Shown here: one piece after another, positions 25,100-35,753 of the stretch
How positions within the stretch are numbered: the first letter of the stretch is position 1
How the letters are laid out: every line of letters starts with the position of its first letter
Origin: Fimicolochytrium jonesii
Taxonomy: Eukaryota
Assembly (NCBI RefSeq): GCF_025526975.1
Contig: NW_026515671.1
Location: forward strand, 1,240,001 to 1,304,000
Length of the DNA stretch: 64,000 nt
Direction: 5' to 3'
Notes under the pieces: model-generated
Told to the model about the DNA's origin: nothing
What the model saw: only the letters and a program-made list of their open reading frames with translations
Database searches by the model: none
Program-made: the position numbers and the translations under genes

Positions 25100-26128
25100 A
25101 TGGCAAGACCAACACTAACGACCCAGTTAACGATCGACCACCCGCTCTCGCAGAAAGGAGCTATTTATACCTCAGAGCACGACTACTCCCTCACCTCATC
25201 CCGCCTATCCCGCCGTCGATGCAGTTCCGAACCCGTTGCCATACTTGGCGCTATTCACAACAAACTCACCGGAGCGAAAGGATCGAGTGGGAGAAATGCA
25301 GCACCGGCATCGAGAATGAACGAAGTGCATCCACCACCCGTCCCTCCCAAAACCGGCCCATCACAGCGCAACAGGGTCTTTCACACCGTGAAGTTGGGGG
25401 ATACGCTCGAAGGCATCGCAGTGCTGTACGGGATGAGCGTCGCGGACATCAAACGGCTGAATAAGATCTGGAACGCGGATGAGATTTTCCTGAAGGGTGC
25501 GGTGGAGGTGATTCCGGGGAATCAGGCTGATCGGGAAAACGACGAGAGTGGGAGGAAGGCGCCGATGTCGGCGGCGCAAGCACAGGCTGTGTTGATTGCG
25601 GCGGCGGCTCAGAACCAGAATACCGGTCGCAAACAATTATCCAGCGGAAACGATCATTCGGAGATGTCGTCGATACCACCACCATCAACGCCACCAGAGT
25701 CATCTAGCGTCTCGCAACTGCTCAACCAGCTCGACGCCGACGTCAAATCCGCATTAACAGTGTTCGAAGCCAGCTCCACAACCGCCGCGGCACGTAAGGA
25801 AAAGGAACTCCCACCCGTCCCATCACTGTACATGTACCCTCCAGCACCCGCCTCACCCGCGCAACGCCCCGCAAAACCGCAAACGCACACTTCCTCCCCC
25901 GCTTCCGTCACCGCATCCCCAAATTACACGCCCAAGAGTGCGCGACGAACGAAGATTAGGCCGAATGGTTTGCCGGCGGTGCCGGATGTGGATTTGTCGG
26001 CGAGGGCGGCGGAGGTCACGGTAGAGAAACGGGGGCCGGGGAATAAGGGTGAGACGCGGAAGAAGGTGGAGTGGGAGGACACGGAGATGCATCAGTTGAT
26101 TGATATGCAGGCCTTGTGTGTAGATTAG
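25100..26128 (+). CDS. LysM-domain protein (no signal peptide, largely disordered)
   Basis: HTVKLGDTLEGIAVLYGMSVADIKRLNKIW is a LysM motif within a single 342-aa ORF. Confidence 0.85.
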   Translation: MARPTLTTQLTIDHPLSQKGAIYTSEHDYSLTSSRLSRRRCSSEPVAILGAIHNKLTGAKGSSGRNAAPASRMNEVHPPPVPPKTGPSQRNRVFHTVKLGDTLEGIAVLYGMSVADIKRLNKIWNADEIFLKGAVEVIPGNQADRENDESGRKAPMSAAQAQAVLIAAAAQNQNTGRKQLSSGNDHSEMSSIPPPSTPPESSSVSQLLNQLDADVKSALTVFEASSTTAAARKEKELPPVPSLYMYPPAPASPAQRPAKPQTHTSSPASVTASPNYTPKSARRTKIRPNGLPAVPDVDLSARAAEVTVEKRGPGNKGETRKKVEWEDTEMHQLIDMQALCVD

Positions 26129-26690
26129 AGGGGATGATTTAGGAAAATTCATTGCGCCTTCGGATTATGCATGCAATAAACTGATGGTGGCCGTTAATCT
26201 TGTCCCCGCTGTCGACGAATGCCTGCGTCCAGCTTACTGCTATCCGCCATCTCTGCAGGTTTCGAGATTTGTTTGAATCAGAGACCGCCGTCGGACGATA
26301 CATGCACCAAATACTTGCTGTTTTTTGTGGGCAAAATGTTGCAGGCGGCGGGAGCGTGACCTTACGGCACAAATTATATATTGAAAGAATGTATATTACA
26401 GGATCGCAAGCCTTTGACAATATTATAGCAGATGGGAGTTTTCCGACGAAGAAGTACAAGTTAGTGCTAACCCCTCTGGATTCCCTCTCGAAAGAGGTTT
26501 GTGGGCTTGGGACCACCGTAGGCTCATTAGTTAGCCGATTGACAATTGTACAATCGCCTAACTTGTGTGAAGAACAGCGAAAAGCAATGCACGTCACCTT
26601 TATCGTTTTCTGACAGCGCGCGCAATCCTCCACACAATCCTCCACATAGTCCGATGGCGAAACCAGCATTCCACCCCAACCGGCCATCAC

Positions 26691-27253
26691 GACCAAGGGA
26701 CGAGCGACGGGATGTCCAACCCGCTGCGAAGGGTCTAGATTTCTCTTAACCAGCGACCACATCGCCCCTGCTCTTGTTCCTTCCAGAGCACCGAAGCCCG
26801 ACCCAACGCGGTCAACTCCAAGGGTACTAATGGATAGCCGGAAGTTGTGAAAAGCTGGTTGAAAAGTTGAGAGGGAATGCGGATGAGGGTGCTCTTTTTA
26901 TGCTCCTCCTCCGCTGCTTGCTTGCCGCGCGCGTTCGTTCGCTCGCTCGTTTGCCCCTGGGCCCGCGAAGAACACATTTGCCCCTAGGCCCGCAAGGGGA
27001 GCAAACTCCGCCCTCGGGCCCGCGCGCTTACATACAGTACAGACCCCTCGGAAAGAGCTCGTCCCGTTCTAATTGAAGTGAGCGTCCGTTTCACAAGCGG
27101 ATGAGTCGGGCGCCGCAGCACTCACTTGATTTTGGGGGGAGCGGCTTTTTGCGAGGGGTCTGTACTGTACAGTACACTACAACAAACCGACGAGAAGGAA
27201 GCCTTCCAGTAGCTCCTATTGACGCCCTGACATCTTGCTCGTCCCGAAAGGTC
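26691..27253. ncRNA. Putative structured non-coding element of unknown class
   Basis: Long-range complementarity 26691-26716 / 27229-27253, a perfect 18-bp inverted repeat 27033-27050 / 27152-27169, and further stems. No convincing ORF. Confidence 0.35.
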
Positions 27254-27525
27254 CGTTCAACGACATTCAGAGCTCTTATCACTCGTTACCCGAAAGTCCC
27301 TGCTGTAGTCTGAAGTGCTGCCAAACTCACTATCTACACGCCGCCATTGGGAAGCGGTAGCGGTAAGTGCAGGAGGACGAACGTGTGTCAGGCGGTTGCA
27401 ACGTGACACCTCTCCCGGCCTCCGCGGCGGCCATCTCTATTCTCCCTCGGAGGAAAGGGACCCCTGCGACATTTACACTCTTCATAAAAAGGTAAGTGCG
27501 CTCATCTTCCTCTCGCTCGCAAGTC

Positions 27526-28365
27526 ATGGGTACAGGCGGACCAGGTAAAGGCGAAAAGACAGTGGACGGTCACCCAAGCCAGGCAACTTGGACGGCGAAA
27601 ATCGAACGCACGATGTTTCCCGCAATGGCGTTCCCCGAAGAAACCCCGCATCCCCTCCCAACCGCCATCCACGACCGCAACCTCACTCGCTTCCCGACCC
27701 GGCTACCCGCGCTGCACTCGCTCGCCTCCAACCCGACTGTCACATTCACCCCCGACTCCAAACTCTGGTGGCCATCCTACAGCGCGCGCACGCGGTCAGG
27801 CCTATTCAGCGGGACCGATTTTTTCTACGGGACAGGCGAAACTTTCCAATACCGCACGTTCCTCCCCACCCAAAAGCAGGAGAACTACTACCTCGTCGGA
27901 TTGATTTACTTTGCGCATTCGACAGAGGGCGCCCCGCAGTGCGTGCACGGCGGCGCGATCGGCACGGCGTTGGATCAATTACTGGCGATTGCTGTGCACT
28001 CGGATCCGGCTAATAAGCATGTCCCGCACATGACGCTCACACTCACTGTGGATTACCGGCGGCCGGTCCCGCTAGCGCAGGTGCTGGGGTTCCACTGCGG
28101 GATCACGAAGCGAGAGGGGAGGAAGGTGTTTGTGGAGGGGTGCGTCTTTGATGTGGGGAATAAAGGCGGACAGGGCGGGATGGATCTTGCGACGTATGAT
28201 TTTGGGAGGGAGCCGGTGCCGAAGGGAATCAGGAGGGCGGAGGCTAGAGCGATGTTTTGCAGGATTGGGCATGTGGATCCCGTGGAGGATGCGGAGGAGG
28301 AGGCGGAGATGGAGGTTGAGAAACAGATGGAGAAACGCGATGTTGTTATTAGCAGTAAGCTGTGA
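27526..28365 (+). CDS. Hotdog-fold acyl-CoA thioesterase (THEM4/PaaI-like)
   Basis: EGAPQCVHGGAIGTALDQ; TLTLTVDYRRPVPL; REGRKVFVEG. Confidence 0.88.
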   Translation: MGTGGPGKGEKTVDGHPSQATWTAKIERTMFPAMAFPEETPHPLPTAIHDRNLTRFPTRLPALHSLASNPTVTFTPDSKLWWPSYSARTRSGLFSGTDFFYGTGETFQYRTFLPTQKQENYYLVGLIYFAHSTEGAPQCVHGGAIGTALDQLLAIAVHSDPANKHVPHMTLTLTVDYRRPVPLAQVLGFHCGITKREGRKVFVEGCVFDVGNKGGQGGMDLATYDFGREPVPKGIRRAEARAMFCRIGHVDPVEDAEEEAEMEVEKQMEKRDVVISSKL

Positions 28366-28583
28366 GACGGGGGGATGCGTGGCGATGGGAGAGATGACAT
28401 CGACAGTACATATGTCCGGTCGCTTTGGATGCGATCACCGACGAATGTAAATATTATGACGTTCAAATGGACATGGAAAGACTAAAATGTACATGTTTCC
28501 TTTCGCCACTCTGCGCCACAACTCGACCAATCCAAAAAGCCGGCAATCCTAGCGTAAGATCCCTTCCCTCTGTAAACCACATG

Positions 28584-29249
28584 TTACATACTATCTAACG
28601 CCCGATGCGACTCCGGCATCCTGTTCTTCCGGTACGTCCTGTAATGCCAATACTCCTTCTCATGCAAGAACCGCATTGTATCCGCTGACGCGCAGGCTTC
28701 CCTGAATGCAGCATGCTGGAGGAGATCTAGCATATACAGACTGTACGGGTATCTGGGAAAACGTAGCCATATAATGGGTGATTAGGATTAGATCTTAAAT
28801 TCCTGAAAGCGTGAGGTATCGACCGCCCCTCCCATACGTGATATACTTGGAATACGGCGGTTCCTGCCAATACCGCAGATACGCAAGGTAGTTAAGAAAG
28901 CTGGGGTTTGCAAAATATTGCCGTTGTGCGAGGACTTGATAGTACGACAAGAGCAGGGGTCAGCCTCGTTGCAGAGTTGCCAAAAGACACCTCCGACGCT
29001 GCCATATGGGCATAACATTCCCCTAAACTCACACTGCAAATACTGCGGATTCGCCAAGCACTGCACAAACTCCAACTCTAGCTGGAACCGTAGCCGTGCC
29101 GCTTCTTCCGGCTCGTCTGCTTCTCCTGTTGTTTGTAATGGTGGTAACGGTGGTAGTGGGAACGGTGTGCCTGCGCTGGATGACCCCATTCTTGACGAGG
29201 ATGCTGGACAGAGGAGGGGTGGGGTGTCTATTTGCATTTGGTCTGTCAT
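28584..29249 (-). CDS. MED31: Mediator subunit Med31/Soh1 (3 exons)
   Basis: RFQLELEFVQCLANPQYLQ|FLAQRQYF..PSFLNYLAYLRYWQEPPYSKYI|YPYSLYMLDLLQHAAFR. Confidence 0.96.
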
Positions 29250-29602
29250 CTTCGTTGTGTTTGGGACACAATGTTGACGTTGCAAGTCCGTCCTCGATGA
29301 TTGCCCTGCTTGTCTGCGATGGTGAAAACCTTGGTGAAAACCCACCACGCCAGATCTCAGACGAGCTCCGACGCGCCAAATCTCACACCACTTCCCGGAA
29401 TGCAATCATCTAGGATGATTTGCGTACTGGTTCAACCTACTCTCCATTTTTTAGTGCAGCGCTATATTATAGTCAGCAGCGCAAACCTCCCCCTCAAAAC
29501 GTTTGTGAAGACCTTCTTCCGCTTTTCAACTCTATATCATATCAACTACCTACTCTACGCAAATACAAAAATATATATAAATTACACCCTGTTCACGCCT
29601 CT

Positions 29603-32600
29603 TCAAAAACCCCCACCCCCCAACGCCTCCCTCGCAGCCCTCCAAGCCTTCCTCACGCCGTCGACATCCACCTTCACCCCCGGCACAGCATATCCCTCCT
29701 TCGCCCAGCGCTTGATGAAAAACACCAGCCCTTCGCGCACGTTCTCCTGCGTCGCGGCGCGGGCGAAAATGGTGTGGATCTGGGTGGTTGTTTTTGCGTA
29801 GGTTGTGAAGAGGGTTGTGAGGAGGAGTTGCAGGAATAGGTGGTGCAGGGGTTGGAGGGATGTAAATGTTAAGGCCTGTTTACGAAAGAGATGGAAAGTT
29901 AAGTAAATGTATCGCAAAGATACTGCAAAGAGGCAACCGTAAAACCATTACCTTGAGCACGCCCAAATTGACACCATCCACCGCAACCAAATACGCATAC
30001 AACTTGGCCATATGCGCACACTTCCTCACATCCATCCCCTCCTCCTCCTCGCCCCCATCATCCCCAGCCATACTCTTGAACGCATCCCACAACGCATACA
30101 TAAATGTAATCCGCATGCCATGTTTCCACTCACACAGCTTCTGGGCCACCAGTGCATAGTAAGGGTTGTACACCTTCTCCTGCACGGCGCAGTGCAGCAG
30201 CACGCGCACGATCTCGCGCTCCTGCTTGTCGCTGAGGTGCAGCTTGAGCAGCTTGGAAAAGCAGTCGAGGCAGTCTTCGGAGGAGAGGAGGGTGAGGAAG
30301 ATCGAACGGCGGATGTCGGTATTCATTTTTTGGGAGCGCGCCAGGGCAAGGAGGGATGTGGGATTGTCGGTTGATGTTGATGTGGGGAGGGCGGATGTGT
30401 CGTTTTGGTTTTCGTTGTTGGTGTTGTTATTGAGCTCATGTCCCGTCCACGCGGCGCCCACCAGCCACCACTTCCCCTTCGTCACGACATTGCGAATATC
30501 CTCCAACCCTACCCTCAACGGCTCCGTCGAATGCAGCGTCGCCCGCTTCTTGCCCATATTCCCCACAAATTTCTTCAACCGTTCCTGCTGCGACATGTCT
30601 GCGCCCGCGTTCGCCGTCGTGCCCTTCTTAGCCAGCTTGCGTTTGTTGTGCTTGAGATCCATGATCGTCTCGACCATGAACTTGAATCGCGATGAGGAGG
30701 CTTCGGGGCGGTTGGCGGCCGCGGCTTGGATGGCGAGGACGATGTCCTTCAACGCGAGCGGGTCGTCAGCGCGCAATTGGAACCCGCAGATTCGAAGCAT
30801 GCGCAGCAGGAGCTCGACGTCCAGTTCACTGAGGGTGCCGATGGCTTCGCGGACAATGTCGTAGATCAGGACGCAGGAGACGACTTCGAAGTTGTAGAGG
30901 AAGGCGAGGAGGGTGACGACGTTGATGCATCGCTTGCTCTTGGCGTCAGATCCCTCGGGGTCAACCTTTATCCCGTCCAAATACTCCTTGCGCGAGGTCT
31001 CGTACAACTCCACACCCGTCTGCATCAAATGCGCGCAAAACTCAATCCCGACGATACTATACAGCGACGCAATGAACGCGGCATACGTCATCACAAATGA
31101 GTCCAGCAGATTCGCGTGGTCAGCGACAAACGACAGGATGGAGTCAGTGAGAATCTCTGTCACGTCGTGCCGGCTGTTGTTGCGGTAGCACTCCTCGATG
31201 CCGGAGATGATGGAGTCCATGTTGGCGTCGCTAAGACGATTGAGAAGACCTTGAACTTGGCGTTTAAGGCGCAGGTAGGCTTCGGATTTGGTTGGGGGCT
31301 GCTTGCGAAGGTGTGGCGGGACGTATTTGCCGGGTGCTGGGGCGGAAGGTTGTATTTGAGGTGATATGTCGGCGTCTTCGGTCGGACTGTTCGAAGTATT
31401 TGCCTCCTCGCTGGAATCGTCTTCTGCGTTTGACCCTGCATCACTTGCAGCTTCAAAAGCTTCATCATCGTCCTCGGACCCTTCGGAGCCGGTATCGTCC
31501 GAGTCGGACATCTGCAGAGGATCCTCAACATCGAAGTCTTCCTCATCGTCTTCATCGTCGTCCTCCAAGTCCTCCTCATCTTCAGAAACCATATCTTCGA
31601 AACCCTCCTCGCCCTCAACACTATCCCCATCCTCAAACACCTCCTCATCAGACTCCTCTTCGTCCGAATCATCGCCCATATCCACCTCCAGATCGCTAAA
31701 CCGATCCTCGGCATTATCCGAGTCCTCAATATCCTCAAACGCAAAGTCCAGCCCAAGCATCGCATTGTCGTCCTTCTCCGATTCTTCGTCGTCAGCCGAC
31801 CCTGCTGCTTCCGCAGCCTTCCCCGCCCGAACAGCCGGTTTTGCAGTCTTCTTTCGCTTACTCGCAAGGTAGCCTTCGTAGCCCCCAGCCACACCACCCT
31901 CATCATCCGACCCCGCTTCACCCATGAGCCCTTTGAACAAGAAGTCCAGCCCTTCCTCCGTGAAAGTCGACGGAACTTTGCTCTTATCCTTAATCTTCAG
32001 CTTCTTGGCGTATTTCGCAATCTCGGCGTCGTCGTCTGCAAACGCCGATTTTTTAGTGCTAGGGCCTGCGCCGCCGATCGTGCCGTCGACGAGGTTTTGT
32101 TCTGCTAGTAGGCGGTAGAAGTGGGGATTGGATTGGGCGAGACGCTCGAGTCTTCGGGTTTCGGCTGCTGGATCTGCGGGTTTCGGGGCTGGTATTAAGG
32201 ACTTCAGCTTCTTTGGGGGCTGTGGTTCCTCTTCGAGGTCGATTTTGCGCTTTTTGGATTGCGTTTCCTGGAAGCAAGCTCGTTAGTCGCGACCTCCAAG
32301 TTTTTAATACGCTACCAGTTGCACGCCATACAAACCTCCTCCTCCGCTGGCTGCAAATGTGCTTTTTTCGCTTGCGAATGGTGCTGGTGCACCCTCTGCT
32401 TCTTTTCCAGCCTTTTCTCCTTTCGCTCTGCTTTTCGGTTCAAAGACTTTTTGCTGTAACGGAAGGCGAACCGTCTATCCAGCTCCTTGTCCTCACCTGC
32501 CGAAGCAACGATACATGCCCAGTCAGCTTCGTCCGAGACCCGACGAGTCGCTAATGCTCGGAATGGGCTTGCTTGCGCTGACTCACCGCGTCCCTCGTTT

Positions 32601-32851
32601 TCAAACTGGGTTTGCAAGACAGCGGGCATTTTCGTAGTATCGTTCAACTCCCTCGTTCTTCCTCCTCCTCCTCTGCCTCCGCCACCGCCTCCTCGTCCCC
32701 CTCGTCCCCTTCCTCTAGACATTGAACCTCCACGGCCGCGACTGCCTCCTCCTCCTCCACCTCCTCGGCCGCCTCTGAATCCACCCCGCCCACCGCCACG
32801 AGAGCTACCACCGCCGCGCCCTCTTTCTCGACTGCCTCCTCTGTCGCTCAT
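29603..32851 (-). CDS. SGD1: Nucleolar MIF4G/MA3 protein Sgd1/NOM1 (multi-exon)
   Basis: GKYVPPHLR..LKRQVQGLLNRLS (MIF4G); KGKWWLVGAAW; KMNTDIRRSIF..SSED; QEKVYNPYY (MA3); acidic tract; N-terminal RGG block. Confidence 0.95.
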
Positions 32852-33153
32852 GTCTTCTACGTCCTGAGTGGCGAGAGAAGAGTGTGTGGTACGTGCGTGG
32901 TAAAATGTTGAGAAAGCCAAGCGGGTTAAGGAAAACGGGGCAGCTCACAAAGGTTTGCAAATTTCGGAGAGCGTTAGAGGGTTAGGGTTCATGATCAATG
33001 CGCAAGGTCGTCGGTTTGGCGTAAGCAACTTACGCGTCGCCCCAGTCCATGGAGGGCTCGCTCTCTTGCCGCAAGGCCGGCGCACTCCAAGACGAAAGCT
33101 TTCAAGGACCAAAGGTACGGTATATTGAAGCAATAAGAGAGAAGAAATCTAAA

Positions 33154-34973
33154 CTATGCGACAACAGCCTCGTTCAAATCTCCGTCACGGTATTCTGTAT
33201 TCTCTTGAGCTTCCTTGTTGAGGATAGGCGAGTCCTGAAGGTCCGGGTAAACGCCCTCTTGACCAACTCCAAAGGCATCAGGTTCGCGAACAGCACCTTG
33301 GTCGTCGCCGAGATCCCTCTTGCCAACGGTCGCGGCTGGAATTCCCAAAATGTTGCGCCAATAATTGGTGACGAACACTTGGCGAGGATCTAAATCCTGG
33401 CGTACCTTCAAGAAGTCGGCTAACTTGGGATAGGATTTCGTCAGATAGGCACCCTTGTAATACGACGGCAACACTTTTCCCCAGTGGAATCTGGGTTCAA
33501 AGGGTTTAAGCAAATCCCAGAATTGTTGGAACCAGGCTTGCGGGGTACCAATGGTATTGACGGAGGGCCAGACGTAATTCAGACGTACGACGTCCGTGTT
33601 GTAGGAAGGTCCCAAGTAGAAAAGACTCTTTTTGCCAGTATAGATTTCGACGGAGGTGGCACCGGTGGCGTTGTATCCGTTCTTGGCATAGTAGGTTTTC
33701 AACGTGGCTAGGATGTTGGGAAGTTTTTCCAGAGGGAACCAGAATTCGGATATGACTACGGGAAGAATGGTATCGGAGATCCCATTATCGGGGGAGACAC
33801 TGTTATAGTAAACATCGTAAAATGTTTGCCTTTCGAACGGTACGAATTGGTCGAGGATGCCAGCCGCTTGTTCGTAGAATTCCGGAGATTCATCGTTGGC
33901 AGCGTTCAGGAACTGTAATCCTCCAGCGACTTGTTCCTGAATCGCCACTGCGTCCGCACCGGTCGCACCGCCAAAGATCACAAAAGGCGAAAGCGGGGTT
34001 TTCGCAGGCAAAGCAGCTTGCTTCCACTGGTAGATTTGGATACGATTGAAGAGCTTCTGAGGATACCATTGGACGCGCGCACCATCGTTTGTGTTTCCAG
34101 TGAAGAACTGGAGAAGGCTCGGGTAGCCAGTTTTCCCGGGGCCGAAAAAGTCGATAGGGCTTCCGAGGGAGTTGTTTTGGGATAGAGGAGTGACGGGACA
34201 AGCAACTTCAGAGCCGGAAATGTTGTAGAGCTTGTAATCGAGCCTGAGATGGACTTCTGTGACGACCCCTAACAATCCGAGGGAGACTCCGGCGGCGTAG
34301 AACTCTTTTTGAGGCGGCGCATAGACTTGCTAAAAAAGAAACGCATTGTTAAATCTTCGATGCGTTCGACGTTAATTGGGAGTACATCAGCAACTACCTT
34401 CTTTCCACAACCATCGATAAGAGCAATCTTCACAACCGCATCTAGCAAAGATCGTTTCACGGAACCTCCAGCAGCACCAGTTGACAAAAAGCCACCAACA
34501 GATTGATGCTGAATTCCCGCGAGGACGGGAAGTCCGTATCCATACTTCTCGAGCTCATGGATCAAAGTCACTTTTCTATCAACGGCAACGCCCTTTGCCG
34601 AATGAGCGTGATCTCCGATATGAGTACCGGCTTTCACAACAGCGATATTGGTTTTCTTGTCGACCGTCACACCCGAGTAATTCTCCAAAGAGATGAGTAC
34701 ACGCTTTTTGGCTGGAGTGTTGTCGATGACCACGTCGGCCCAGGAATGGTTGGATCCTACGACGCGGACCAGGGATCTAGCATTGTATGCATCGCTAACG
34801 ATTTTTATAATTTCAGCTTCGGATGTGGGTTCGACGAAAGTGATCGCAGCCGTGGTAGGGGTTGGGGTGACTGCTTTCGTTGAAGTGGCCGGCTTCGCGG
34901 TGATGGCAGCGACGGACGAAAGGCAGAGAAGGAAGCATACGAGCAGAACCGGGGCCGCCTTGTGTACGCCCAT
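33154..34973 (-). CDS. Secreted FAD-linked oxidase of the D-arabinono-/L-gulono-1,4-lactone oxidase (VAO/PCMH) family
   Basis: Signal peptide; VRVVGSNHSW (His at the covalent-FAD position); QSVGGFLSTG; SLGLLGVVTEV; RFHWGK; RQDLDP..F.T.YW. One intron at ~34331-34399. Confidence 0.88.
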
Positions 34974-35753
34974 CTTGGTGTATGGGCAGGTGTATGGGAA
35001 TCAACAACACGGGGACTTTCCTCTAGCAGATGCTTTTATACCAGAGGCATGGCCTCACGGATGCGGGATTTCTATGGGCAAGCCCTTGCTCCTCAAACAT
35101 AGGCAAACAAGAACGCCACCAAGGTTTTCAGCATCTTCATGGGATACATGCTTTTAGCCCTCAGGCGGCGGGCGCCCCATGAATGCCCTATCCTGAATGG
35201 CCAATGTTTACCATTCCTGTAAGTCTTGTTTCGAGACTCGGCCGGAGCGCAGGCTTTCCTCGCTGAGATTGATCCACCAATTGCGTGAACAAGATGCGCT
35301 TTGTTTGCACACCACCCTGGACCTTCGCGGAAGACCGTCTTTCTTGTCTTGTCCGATTAAGCTTAACTAGGATCGTACCCTGCTCTATGCCACCGGTCAT
35401 ATAGAGACGCCACCGCACCAACTAAAGAACAGAACTAAAAACCATTTCTTCTCAATGAAAGCATTGCTCGCCAATGGCGAGTACGAAATTTGACAGGTGT
35501 CGGAGTGCGTGTGGCCCACTTACTGCTATGACAAGTGCTTTTATTTGATTTGTGAGTTTGCCGTCACCCGTCACCCGTCATCGGCGACCGATTTCCGACG
35601 GCTTCCGAAGGAACTTGGGCTCGGCTTTTCCGAAGTTCCCACTCCAATTTCCCAAATTACGTACAAAACGACCGAAACATTACCGACGCACCGAGGGTTG
35701 GAGGTTGATCACCTCCACGCCCACTCACACTCATCGGGCTAGCGAACCAGCCC

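Noticed and set aside
26200..26613. ORF containing NIIADGSF, superficially LAGLIDADG-like
   Set aside because: A single weak motif with no supporting downstream pattern, and the ORF has a non-ATG start.
27245..27312. GTTCAACGAC...GTAGTCT resembling group I intron R/S elements, and GAAAGTCCC resembling RNase MRP CR-I
   Set aside because: P7 pairing is imperfect, P3 could not be built and no matching CR-V was found. Kept only as an alternative under the structured-element finding.
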